The notes under the pieces were generated by a model. That model worked only from the letters and a program-made list of their open reading frames with translations, was not told the origin of the DNA and ran no database searches. Shown piece by piece: positions 53,249 through 63,354 of a stretch of DNA of 64,000 nt. Position numbers and translations under genes: made by a program. This DNA is from Fimbriosthenelais zetlandica. Its lineage: Eukaryota. The stretch lies in NCBI GenBank assembly GCA_977030845.1, contig OZ365114.1, positions 26,164,001 through 26,228,000 of the forward strand, given 5' to 3'. Every line of letters starts with the position of its first letter. Position 1 is the stretch's first letter.

Positions 53249-55496
53249 GTAAGTTGATGGGATGAAAGCATCCCTTTCCCTCTGAGAGATCCTTGTTGAT
53301 GTACCCAGAGAATTGTCCTCTAATTGCATCGTGCTGCTAGCTCATCGGTATGCCAGTCGGAGGGCGTTTTTTGAAAGGCTTTATTTGTGGGTGTAAGGCT
53401 TGTTATGCATGTCAGCTGGGGGGTGTTTGGCTGGGAGGAGTAGGGGATGCATGGCTCAGGGCTGTGGGAGGACGAAAAGGCAGAAGAGGAGGAGACGTAG
53501 TCTGGTTATCAAAGGAATATGGAAATCATTGGTTAGGAGCAACCCTCATTGTGGTCTCCACCCAATCTCGTTTTCCGTGCAGCTTCCTCGCACGTCAGGA
53601 GGAAATGTATTTTGGGAATTATCCCCCACCGAATCAGCCCGGCAAACATCTCTCCTCACAGGGAATGGAATTTGAGACGTTGTTAGTGGGGGAGGCCAGG
53701 CAAATACTCTTTAATTAAGATCCTACTCCACCCGGCCATTTTATAAGGGAAGCGAGTCGGTCCTTGAATATAAGATAGGTAAATAGTAAGGCTGGATGAA
53801 GGTGGTCAGTGACTAGAGAACAAAAGAAGACCTAGCTCGCTACAATGGTATTAGTGTTGGCATCTGACCTGAAGCCTCTGGCCTGACCCAGCGTTTAATT
53901 AGAAGCCCCAGGGCAAGTGGCGTACGAAGGCATCCGAAGGCTCAGCCAACTACTTAGCAGAAGCAACTTAGTAGGGGCGTCTGGGTCCACGAGGCAACAA
54001 TCAGACAGCAGCAGGTGTCTTGTGCACGAGGCAATCTGTCTGTGCCACATGACTGGATTAACCAATTAGCAGCGGCCTACTGGACAACGTTGGAGCACTC
54101 TGCCCCAGGGAGAGGCTCGGACGGCTGCCATTACCACACAGAATTCAATCACCAGGCTGCCTCAACACTGCTTCATCTCTTGTCTGAAGTCATTTTATTC
54201 CAAAATTTTAGCTTTCATATCGTTAGCCAGGGGTTTTTACGCTAGACGTGATATCCAGAACTTGTTTTTTGGGGGGAAATACGCAGCGGCTTTTCTGTTT
54301 TTGAGGCTGACGCAAATGGAAGATGTGATGGGGAAAAGTTGTTGAGGATTTGTCTTCCTGTTTGTGGACTGCTTTGTATGCCTGGCGCAGGTTGTAATTA
54401 CCTCAGGGTGTTTGGCAGTCTTTTACCGCAGCTATTTTTCTGATTCAGGCTGTTTTGACTACTTCCTTTAATGAAATTCCATTGTCCTGAGATTGCAAAC
54501 TTTTCCATCAGCATTTTAGGTGGAAGGCAGTTGTTCTTAAAGAAATGTTTTTTGATTGGACATAGCTTTTAAACACGAGTGCCCTTGATAACAACTGCAT
54601 CTTCTAAAGCATCCATAAATATCACAATAAGAGGGACGATTTACATTCCTAGATAAAGTAGGCCTCATCTTTCTGGGACCTACCAAGATGCACCCTCTTC
54701 CTCCTCCTTAGCAATTCACAGTTATCCTAAGGATTATGATTGGCTGAGAGTGGGGTCACGTGTAAGGTGAGGCATGCATGCAGCAGGCATGTCTGGGTGA
54801 GAAACACCTTCTCTTGACCCCTGATGACCTCTACATGCAGTATCTTCACAGATCAGTTGAGAGAAGCTGCACCAGCAGCTGAAAAGCTGTGCCAGCCATG
54901 TAGGCAGTGTTAAACTCCCGTAGCTGGTTCTCTGGTATTAGTACACTTACTTAAGAAACACCATGCAGTGGTGAAGTAACATCTTTACACCATTTTCCGG
55001 AAACATAACGAATCCATCGTACTTTATAATGATTTTATTGAGATAATATCAACCATATCAAAGTCATTGGCATTGGCAAGAAGCATGGAACAATGGATAG
55101 TTTTGACAAAATTTAGTCACATAGCTCTGGTGTGAAGGACATTTTTCACAGCAACACCTGTATGTGGGTTGGGAATAATTGACAGTGACTGGGTTATCCT
55201 CCCAGGGATTGGCACAGCAGGTGGGGGGAACACGATGGAACTAGGTGGCCTGCATCCTCAACACTGTCAGTGGTATCTTTCTTACTTATGTGTAATATGT
55301 ACAGCTAGACATCTTAGCACCATGGCTGCTTCTTCAACATTTTGAATGACATTGTAACTGCTCCATACCATCTACAGATGTGTTAGGTATTGAGAAGTGG
55401 TTCTGGTTTCACTGTTGGTTCAACTGAGGGTGTGCATGGAAGGGGTGCAAAAACATGCATAAATGAAAGATATGTGTTTTAGGGATAATTGTCTTA

Positions 55497-55523
55497 GATA
55501 TAACTGATATAACTGATATAACT
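55497..55523 (+). repeat. 9-bp tandem repeat GATATAACT x3
   Basis: Read directly from the sequence. Confidence 0.8.
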
Positions 55524-56329
55524 GTTGTCCTCCTTTCCATTGCTAATAGCATGAAGCTGCACTCAGTATTTTAACATTGTCCTATATAGCTACCATTTCA
55601 TATACCGTCCCTATAAACTCGATGTCTCTGGTGCTTTTGCAGTCTTGGATGTTATTAATTGTATGAGTTACATTAATATACTTTAGACCCATAAATATCC
55701 ATTAAAATGTTCATTGTTCCAGCTAATGCCATCATCATCATTTTCAGATGTTAACGTTTTCATGTTTGATTCATTCTCTCATTCACTGATTGCTGTTTAC
55801 TTACTCTTGCTTAGCATCAGGTAAGCCAGTACTGTAGGATATTGTAGTATGAATTAAGATGTTTCTCTTAATTTGATCTTTGGTTTTGGCTGAGTATTGA
55901 TAAATATAGTGTCATATTTTATTTTCAACTGTGACGTTCATAGTTTCTAAGGTTAATTGCACAGAAGATAAGTTTAAGTCATATTGTGTGCATAGTACAC
56001 ATTCCTTCACCTGGTCGATTCATTCATTATGTAATTTAAATGATATACAGACACATTGGACAGTATTTGGAGTTATGGAAAGATTCTCACGACACGTATA
56101 TTGTATTGTGTATGATTCAAGAAAGAGCATTCGTGGACATGAGTGCACATAAGAACACACACAAAGATTAGAATGTTGCACTAGATGTTTCTTGATATGT
56201 ATCGAGTGATCGGGTCACATTTTGTAAAAGCCTGTTGGTGTATTGCACTCAAGTTTCATTTCAGCAGGCATCAGCCACTCTTTAAATAATTTCTTGTGAT
56301 GGACAACATGCTGGACCCATGTGATGGAA

Positions 56330-56830
56330 CCAAGAACAGGTCCATGATAGCCTTGACAGTATTCCATTTAATGTTACCCGAGATATGACTGGGCAAGATA
56401 GCTGGTGTTCCCTGGCTGCATCAGATAAGGCATATCAAGATGACTCCCTCTTTGTCAAGACTGGGATCTTGGGGTTTCCCCAGGCGACCATTGTGGTACC
56501 TTAGGGATATTGGCCTGTAGGGTATTGTGACTCAATTGGTGAATTACCTTCTCCCCTGGTTCATGAAGGCAATCCTCCACCTATACCCATCATCTCACAT
56601 ACTTTTGACAGAACCAATCAAACCAGAAGCTTGTTCACTGCCAAGGCTTGACTGCTAACGTCGCTGGCCTTTTGGCGGTTGTGGCGGATTCTCAGGTTGC
56701 TTGAGTACGACCGTCTGTAACAACTGACATACACCATCTCCTGAGATTGACCTCAGTCAACCTCTCACACCACTCAATTTGGTGTTGTGCCTCCTGAATA
56801 TTGCCTTCTACCACCAGATGTGCAGATGTA
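56330..56830 (-). mobile_element. Possible decayed LINE reverse-transcriptase fragment
   Basis: Minus-strand SAHLVVEGNIQEAQHQIE..L....RRWCMSV...RTQ resembles the post-YADD RT region. With one frameshift, SYLGVTL....LSW resembles the KYLGV.LD..L.W motif. The two motifs are farther apart than is typical. Confidence 0.3.
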
Positions 56831-57702
56831 TTACACTTCACAGCATCTGTCTGGCGAGGTCAGCTATCTTGTCAGCTCTCAGTGTCGCTCGGCGTAGTCG
56901 CCAGCCGCAAGTTTGCCTCTGTTTGTCTCCTAGAATGAAATGAAAACAGTGGGAATGAATAAAGCAGCAGCAGAGCTGTGTGTAGGGAAATTGAAGCATC
57001 AGTAGGGCAATCCGCTGATGGGTTCGGTTTGAAATGGAATTACAGAGCAAGGATTGAAAAGAGTAATCATGACATGTATTTGTTCAGAGCTGGCCGGTAT
57101 TTGCTGGAGGAGGCAAGCGTAGGCTGAACACACAGCCCTGGCTTTATGCATTCTCAACCGGAATGCTGGATGAGATCAAGAGGAAAATTTTTCATGATTA
57201 TTTATCAACACTTGTTGTCATTGGCCATGCTGTCTGAAGTAAAGGTCAACACTTTTGGTCAATGTTCACCTGTTTGCCCATCATTTTTGACTCATGCTTT
57301 TTCTTTAAACATTCATAACCTTTGAAGTCCTCCTCGCTTTCCCAAGCCTGCAATAAAAGTAGAACCTGTAAATATGGATTAACTAATGGCAATAAGTCTT
57401 CATTGGGTCACACCCTATGATCCTATTTTGAGTATGTCCCATTAAAAGAATCCCTCCCGAAGAATGACTGACGGTTAGCATGAATGTATTTGATCCAATA
57501 TCTACTTACCCCACTCAATTACATATCCATTCATTTTCTCTTCTATATTTAAGCATAATTTGAGCAATGTTTGAGTATAATGATATTGTAAATTATATAA
57601 ACCTGGTACTTTTTTAATTAGATGGAGAGCTCTATATTGTAACCTAATTATATCTTATTTCATAATTTTTAGAAGCTTTCAATTCGTTCTTGCTCATTAC
57701 AG

Positions 57703-57830
57703 AACCTTCAGCTCCTGGGCCACCGCAGAATCTCTCTGAGGGGGAAACGAGGGTACAAAACAACAAAGTTCATGTCACGGTCACCTGGAGACCTCCCAAG
57801 AAGTCAGACCTTCCTGTCTCAAGATACAAG
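57703..57830 (+). CDS. ANOS1: Anosmin-1 exon, FN3-2 start: EPSAPGPPQNLSEGETRVQNNKVHVTVTWRPPKKSDLPVSRYK
   Basis: Acceptor ctcattacag, donor AAG|gtaaat, 128 nt, phase 1-0; matches human DPSAPPAPANL...VTIVWDLPEEPDIPVHHYK. Confidence 0.96.
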
Positions 57831-57958
57831 GTAAATACAGGCCTAACTTCTGGGAATTGTGCAGCACCTAAGGCAAATTCCACTTTCTCTGTGCTACTAA
57901 GCGAGCATTGTTACAAAGTACATGTATTAGATTGAGACTTTGTTCTTTTTTCATGTAG

Positions 57959-58036
57959 GTTTACTGGAGCAAACGATTGAAATCGGCTTCTGCTCAACTG
58001 GTATCTTTACGGGAACACAAGAAGGCTTTACCAGGG
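57959..58036 (+). CDS. ANOS1: Anosmin-1 exon, FN3-2: VYWSKRLKSASAQLVSLREHKKALPG
   Basis: Acceptor ttcttttttcatgtag, donor GGG|gtaagt, 78 nt, phase 0-0; VYWS matches human VFWS. Confidence 0.93.
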
Positions 58037-58100
58037 GTAAGTAATAGTAGCACCTCAGTCAATGATAAGTCAATGTTGCCATCAGACCACTACTTAATGA

Positions 58101-58289
58101 ACTGCTCACATCTGCTCAGAGATGATGAGATCTATTTTTAACTGCTCATGACAGCTCTTGACACCTACAACTGTTATATTTAATGCATTTTTACTTCCCT
58201 TCATCCTGGATCATGGCCTACTGGCTGCTCGGTCATTATCTGCTCACAACTGCTCAGAAGTGATAATAGTTCGTATGAACTGCTCATGA
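58101..58289 (+). repeat. Two 51-bp copies of a triple-CTGCTCA unit (58101-58151 and 58239-58289)
   Basis: Both copies read xCTGCTCACAxCTGCTCAGA-(19 nt)-AACTGCTCATGA with identical spacing but divergent spacers. Confidence 0.75.
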
Positions 58290-58311
58290 TTACTCGCGCT
58301 TCTGACCATTG

Positions 58312-58327
58312 CCCCCCCCCCCCCCCC
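58312..58327. repeat. Poly-C run (16 nt), G4-prone on the minus strand
   Basis: Read directly from the sequence. Confidence 0.85.
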
Positions 58328-58575
58328 TTCCCATTCCAATTTACTGAGGTATGTGATATTGCCCCTCACTATATGACAACTATCATCACTTTTAAGTTTT
58401 GTTGTTACTTTCATGGAACTTTCAGAAGTCAGTCTTTGACCAAGCTAATAAAACCATCACCCAGCACCCTCCTAACAAATCCTGGTCATTTCCATCTACC
58501 TATGGGACGTGCCGGCCCAAAGTGCTGGGCCCAAGTCCCGCCGTGTCGACGGCGCTAATTGGCTGTTTTAGCTCT

Positions 58576-58589
58576 GTTGCCATGGAAAC
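58576..58589. promoter_or_regulatory. RFX X-box GTTGCCATGGAAAC (intronic)
   Basis: Identical to the 14-mer at 23794. Confidence 0.5.
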
Positions 58590-59015
58590 TAAGTGCACAA
58601 GGTGTCACCCCTTCTGAAAATCCAAAGACCAGGAAAACGTGGTTTTGTGGTCTCTACGTGATGTACATTGTTCGCGGGGTTTTCCAATGGCATTGAAGTG
58701 GGGGTTGAGTGATGTCTATGTGCATTAGGAAGGTGCTTCGATACACTACTGATGTACTCTAGGTGCAGCGTCCATGTGACAGCAACCGGCTCCCCATTTC
58801 CCACAGAGAGAATCCCCCCTGTTAAATATTTGCTGCCTGACAAATATACAAACGTCAATCACACCATGTGTCTCTTAAACCTGTGTAGTTCCCTCTCTCT
58901 CTCTTGCCCAAACGGGTGGCACCGGAAGTTGAATATTTTTGGCCCAAACCCATAGTTCCTATTTTAGAGGCATCAATTAAAGTTTATTCAACTAAAAGTC
59001 TCCATTTTCTTTCAG

Positions 59016-59072
59016 GACCAGCTTTCCTTCGAGCTCCAAAACTTGATTCCAGACACTACATACTTTGTGCAG
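59016..59072 (+). CDS. ANOS1: Anosmin-1 exon, FN3-2: DQLSFELQNLIPDTTYFVQ
   Basis: Acceptor ccattttctttcag, donor CAG|gtatgt, 57 nt, phase 0-0; FN3 L.P.T.Y.V motif. Confidence 0.93.
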
Positions 59073-60022
59073 GTATGTTTCATCTATTTTTCTCTAATAA
59101 AATGATAGAGATGTGCTATTACTGACGACGACATTAGCTGCCTTGGCTTAGTTATCTCCTCAAGTATTTCTATTGCTGAATACACCCACAGATGTAGGAT
59201 ATTAGACATAGTAAGTGGGTGAATGAACATAATTGTTAAGCGAAAAAGTTGTAGCAAATACCGAGCAGATTGTTTGGTAGGAATACTGTCTGGGCTGTAT
59301 CCTTCCTATGCTAACCCAATCTGTCCCCCACAGAACCAATAATATACAGCTATGATTTACCATAGCCTTCTACCGGAAGTAAGCATATATCTACAGTAAC
59401 TCTGCCTAGCTATATATTTATTGTTGACACAAAAAGTTTTGTTCATTGAATAGTTTAAACGCAAGAACAGCTGAGAATGTGGCAGGCCCATAGATCCATA
59501 GCCCTTTCAAAATTAAGTTTGGTGCTGAACCCAAACTTCCTGGAATACTAGAACCATTTTCAGGGATCATTGGACTCCTGTAGAGTCATATAATTCACTA
59601 AACCAACTCTAATAGAATCATGACCTATTTCCATTATAGTTTCTCACCTTGTCTGCCACTTTGTCCTCTCTTTTCAACCCTCTGCCCCTTGTTAACCTTT
59701 TAATGAAAAAGGAAATTAGTTGGGAAAGGCAGAGCTGTGAAATCTGTATGTGTTTCCTATAAGGTTGCTAATGGAAACGACCTTGAAAGGATTCGGGCGG
59801 CCTTAGAGGTGTTGCTGGCTTCGGAAGCAGGGGGGAAAGACTATGCCTAAATATCACAGGAGATTAGGTCCATGAATAACTTCCTTCTTTTGAAATGTTT
59901 CCTTCCACAGTGATCTATAACCTGTCCTCAATCAACTTTCAAAAGTATATCCCGCAACTGTGAAGGATTTGGTCAAATAAAACGTTACATTTATTGTTGT
60001 GATTTGAATTTACTTTATCCAG

Positions 60023-60119
60023 GTGATGGCAATAAGTCAGTATGGTGACATACGATTAAAGGGAGAGAGAACGAGCATGTACATTACTACCTATGCCTTA
60101 CCGCAGGCCACACAGCATG
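60023..60119 (+). CDS. ANOS1: Anosmin-1 exon, FN3-2 end: VMAISQYGDIRLKGERTSMYITTYALPQATQH
   Basis: Acceptor tactttatccag, donor G|gttagt, 97 nt, phase 0-1; matches human [23 protein letters not shown]. Confidence 0.93.
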
Positions 60120-61465
60120 GTTAGTACGCTCTTCATCGTCAATCTTTACTTCTCGGGAATGGAATTTGTCTGCTCCATTCTTTATACCTCCACAATTGTT
60201 GTGAATCTTTTTACATTGTCTTTAAATTTAACCTCTAAGGCTTTGATCCTGCTGCCTCTTGTATATTTAGATATCTGTGCTCTCTCACACCTCACACAGA
60301 GAAGTGAGAAAGATCGGAGTTCCCTCCTATTTGTGCTTAGAATGCTGTGCTAGTTTTATCATCAGAAAAAAAGTAGCGACACTTAGATACGTTCATGTTT
60401 CACTTCTTATCTAAATCACATTTGCATCTTAATATTGCGCTTCTCTAATACATCTAAAAGCATTTGGAACAGCCGAAGTGTGAGGGACAAGAGTTTTGTT
60501 TGCACAGATTAAGAATTATTTCTGTAACTTATAGTAATAAGTGACTAATATTGACTAGAATCCATGGCATTACTTCTGTACACTTCCAAGCTTGCTTTTA
60601 CCAAGCTTGTGCTTTATACCTGTGTTTATCTCGCTTCTGAAATAACAACCTCTCCGTCTCCAATATAATGCCGTGTACATTACAAGCTGTTCATGTAATT
60701 AACTTATGCTTTAATATGATTTCCCATAATTATAATGAACCAATCCTTAGCCTGTCCATTTGTTTTAAACTCTTGTCTAACAGAGGGTCTCGCCAGAAGT
60801 TCAGGAGCTCAGTCACGTGTATCAGACGAACAGACAGACACAGAGTGTGAGTAAAAGTGTGAATGTGACCAGAAATGAAGGGAATTGATGAAAAATCTGC
60901 ACAAACACTTTCCAACCTAAGATATTATCGGCGATAGATTGTACGAAAGCTCAAACGAGAGCTAGAATCATCTTGGCTTTATTGAAGAGACCTTCAGCTT
61001 TACCCATGTTGTATTACCCAATCTTCCTGGTATCATAGTCAGTTCATAGAAGTGCATGGTGTGACTAAAAACTATTATAAGTAACAAGACAGTTCTATAT
61101 CATGTGTCGTTTAGATCAGAACATTCATTCTAGATTCTTGCATTTTTGCCATTCTGTGGAATATTATTATGATCCGTAGCTTTCTCGTTCGTATTGTATA
61201 TTGTTATTCCGGAATGGAGGTTTTGCCGGAAATTGGAGATGCAAATCATCAAAAAATTTCCATTTTCCGAAATTACCTTTGAACATATAATTATGCTAAA
61301 AGACATCATACTTTCATCAATGTTGAAATTCTATTATCCGGGTATAGAACGAACATCAATGATTTGAAAATCATGACTATTTCTCTTGTTAATTTTTAAT
61401 GTATTTCCTACTGTTTGTCAGATGTTTAGAGGGTTTTCATTAATTGTTTGTCAATCATTTTACAG

Positions 61466-61591
61466 CGGGAAGGACTGACAAGCCTGTGCCAGTCCGACCT
61501 CGGCCTCCCCCTGTACAGAACCTGACTGTCAACGCCCCCTACTTCCAGAACGGACTACTAAAAGCTAACGTCACCTGGGCGCCTCCTGCTG
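61466..61591 (+). CDS. ANOS1: Anosmin-1 exon, linker and FN3-3 start: AGRTDKPVPVRPRPPPVQNLTVNAPYFQNGLLKANVTWAPPA
   Basis: Acceptor tcattttacag, donor CTG|gtaagt, 126 nt, phase 1-1; matches human LEVGAPFYQDGQLQVKVYW. Confidence 0.95.
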
Positions 61592-61901
61592 GTAAGTAAC
61601 TGCATTAAGAACTGTACCTATAGTCACAAATAAGCCCCATCACTTGTACATGAGATTTACTGATAGGATATAATAGACATGTCAGTTACATTTTTACATT
61701 TATATTTATGTAACTTTCCCTTACTTTGCCTTCCGAAAAGTACTAGAAGGTAAGTATTGGCTTGGAAATGTTCCCTTTACATAATTATCACTTTTTCTGT
61801 CATCGACCAGTGATCAAGTCAGTGATCTATTTTGCCATGTCATATATCATGATTTACTTTTAATTAAAATGATGACTAATTGTTTATGTTGATTTTTCTA
61901 G

Positions 61902-62011
61902 GTTATGAGACGTGTTTTGACAAATCCCTCATCCATTGGACGGCTGAGGTTTGCATAGCTGATCCTGACGATGAGCAGACTTTGGCTAAATCCATGTCTG
62001 CGACAACACAT
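61902..62011 (+). CDS. ANOS1: Anosmin-1 exon, FN3-3: GYETCFDKSLIHWTAEVCIADPDDEQTLAKSMSATTH
   Basis: Acceptor gatttttctag, donor CAT|gtaagc, 110 nt, phase 1-0; W..E.C and terminal TH match human RWFPEAC...GMTH. Confidence 0.92.
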
Positions 62012-62184
62012 GTAAGCCTAGTCAATGCTTTATATTATACTATTAAATTTGTATAAGCTATTTAAGGTTATGTTACTTATCGTAACTTGTTCCTACAGTG
62101 GAACCTTCCAAATAAACATCGAAAACTCAAGTTCTTCTTATTATATACTTGGTATTTTAACCCAAGAATTCTTTTCATTTGCAG

Positions 62185-62356
62185 GAGTTCTTTTTCCTCA
62201 TCTACGACTTGCAGTTTGATTGCCGCTACTTCCTCAAAGTACAGCCCGTCTGTGAGGACGGTATGATTGGTCCCATAGCTCACGTGGGCTTCAAGACGCC
62301 ATCTTGTGGCGAGGTAGAAGTCCAGGGCACTGTCCAACCAGATTGTCCCACAAACA
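62185..62356 (+). CDS. ANOS1: Anosmin-1 exon, FN3-3 end: EFFFLIYDLQFDCRYFLKVQPVCEDGMIGPIAHVGFKTPSCGEVEVQGTVQPDCPTN
   Basis: Acceptor cttttcatttgcag, donor ACA|gtacgt, 172 nt, phase 0-1; matches human DLSFSCKYKVTVQP...FTTPPC. Confidence 0.96.
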
Positions 62357-62494
62357 GTACGTTTCTACGACCAACTAACATCCAATCTTGTTTTAAAAAT
62401 TAAACCATAACTTTTTCAAACCCAGATTTTAGTCTGGTTGTCAATCGATATATATATATATGCCAATTTCTGACAGATATTTTTTTGCTTCCAG

Positions 62495-62608
62495 TGCCAA
62501 GAGTGCCTGATGCGCCTCCTAGTCTAGCGTATACTTTCCTAATAAAACAGACCAATATTACAGCCAGGGTCAACTGGCGTGAACCCCAGTCAGATGCGCC
62601 TATCACTG
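62495..62608 (+). CDS. ANOS1: Anosmin-1 exon, FN3-4 start: MPRVPDAPPSLAYTFLIKQTNITARVNWREPQSDAPIT
   Basis: Acceptor ttttttgcttccag, donor CTG|gtgagt, 114 nt, phase 1-1; matches human [22 protein letters not shown]. Confidence 0.95.
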
Positions 62609-62724
62609 GTGAGTCATCCAAACCTTATTCACTCTACTAACTTCTAGATACTATTATACTTTTGAGATTTTCCATTGAAGCATATTGCCAGTAGATTGAT
62701 TTACTTTATATTATACATTTGTAG

Positions 62725-62849
62725 GTTATCGTATAGTGTGGGGTCAGGCAGTTGAGTCACAAGATGACACGTCTCTACTCCTGCTAGACCAGAATACAGC
62801 CCTGACTAAGGTCCTCTCTACCTCTGCTGCCCTCCAAGGAGGCTCCAAG
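62725..62849 (+). CDS. ANOS1: Anosmin-1 exon, FN3-4: GYRIVWGQAVESQDDTSLLLLDQNTALTKVLSTSAALQGGSK
   Basis: Acceptor tacatttgtag, donor AAG|gtaaca, 125 nt, phase 1-0; GYRIVW matches human GFQVTW. Confidence 0.92.
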
Positions 62850-63064
62850 GTAACAATCTAGCTCATGACAACCTCTCACCATTTATGCTTACTTTAACAC
62901 TTCTAAATATGTATATATAAAAGCTCAAGGTAATTAAAGATGAATATATCATTGTCACAAAGGCATTGCAGTAAAGCGAAATCAGTAGTTGTGAAATTTT
63001 TGGTTGTCAGTCGCTAAACAACAGCAGAACATAGGTTAATCTATATCTTATGTTTTATTTTCAG

Positions 63065-63206
63065 AATTATTTCTCATTTAATGTTGGGAGCCTGCTAGAA
63101 GCCACCACATACCTAGTTAAAGTACAAGCTATATCCAAGGCAGGCTCAGGGCAGGTGTCATCCATACAATTTACCACCCCCATGCTACAAGCACCGCCTC
63201 CATTAG
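63065..63206 (+). CDS. ANOS1: Anosmin-1 exon, FN3-4 end: NYFSFNVGSLLEATTYLVKVQAISKAGSGQVSSIQFTTPMLQAPPPL
   Basis: Acceptor gttttattttcag, donor TAG|gtaaga, 142 nt, phase 0-1; FN3 T.Y.V.VQA....G.G motif. Confidence 0.96.
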
Positions 63207-63354
63207 GTAAGAAATAAGTATATAATTATATTTCTTCTCTTTTCAGCTCAACTAATAATAGCGATGAATAATTAATTTATTACTGACATTCCGCATACAG
63301 GTATAAAGCTCCGATCTCAATTGTAATATTTGGAATATTATTTCACTTGTGCAG

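Noticed and set aside
58101-58289. Repeat-spacer-repeat layout superficially like a CRISPR array
   Set aside because: It lies in a eukaryotic intron, has only two units with short cores, and there are no cas genes.
59764-59808. Possible in-frame 45-nt cassette exon (VANGNDLERIRAALE) after ttcctataag
   Set aside because: The donor (GTGTTG) is weak, and insertion would break FN3-2 strand F, which is already continuous between 59072 and 60023.
60822-60843. CAGACGAACAGACAGACACAGA, like the microsatellite of Helentron-associated (DINE-1/HINE) elements
   Set aside because: The subterminal inverted repeats and 3' stem-loop could not be identified.
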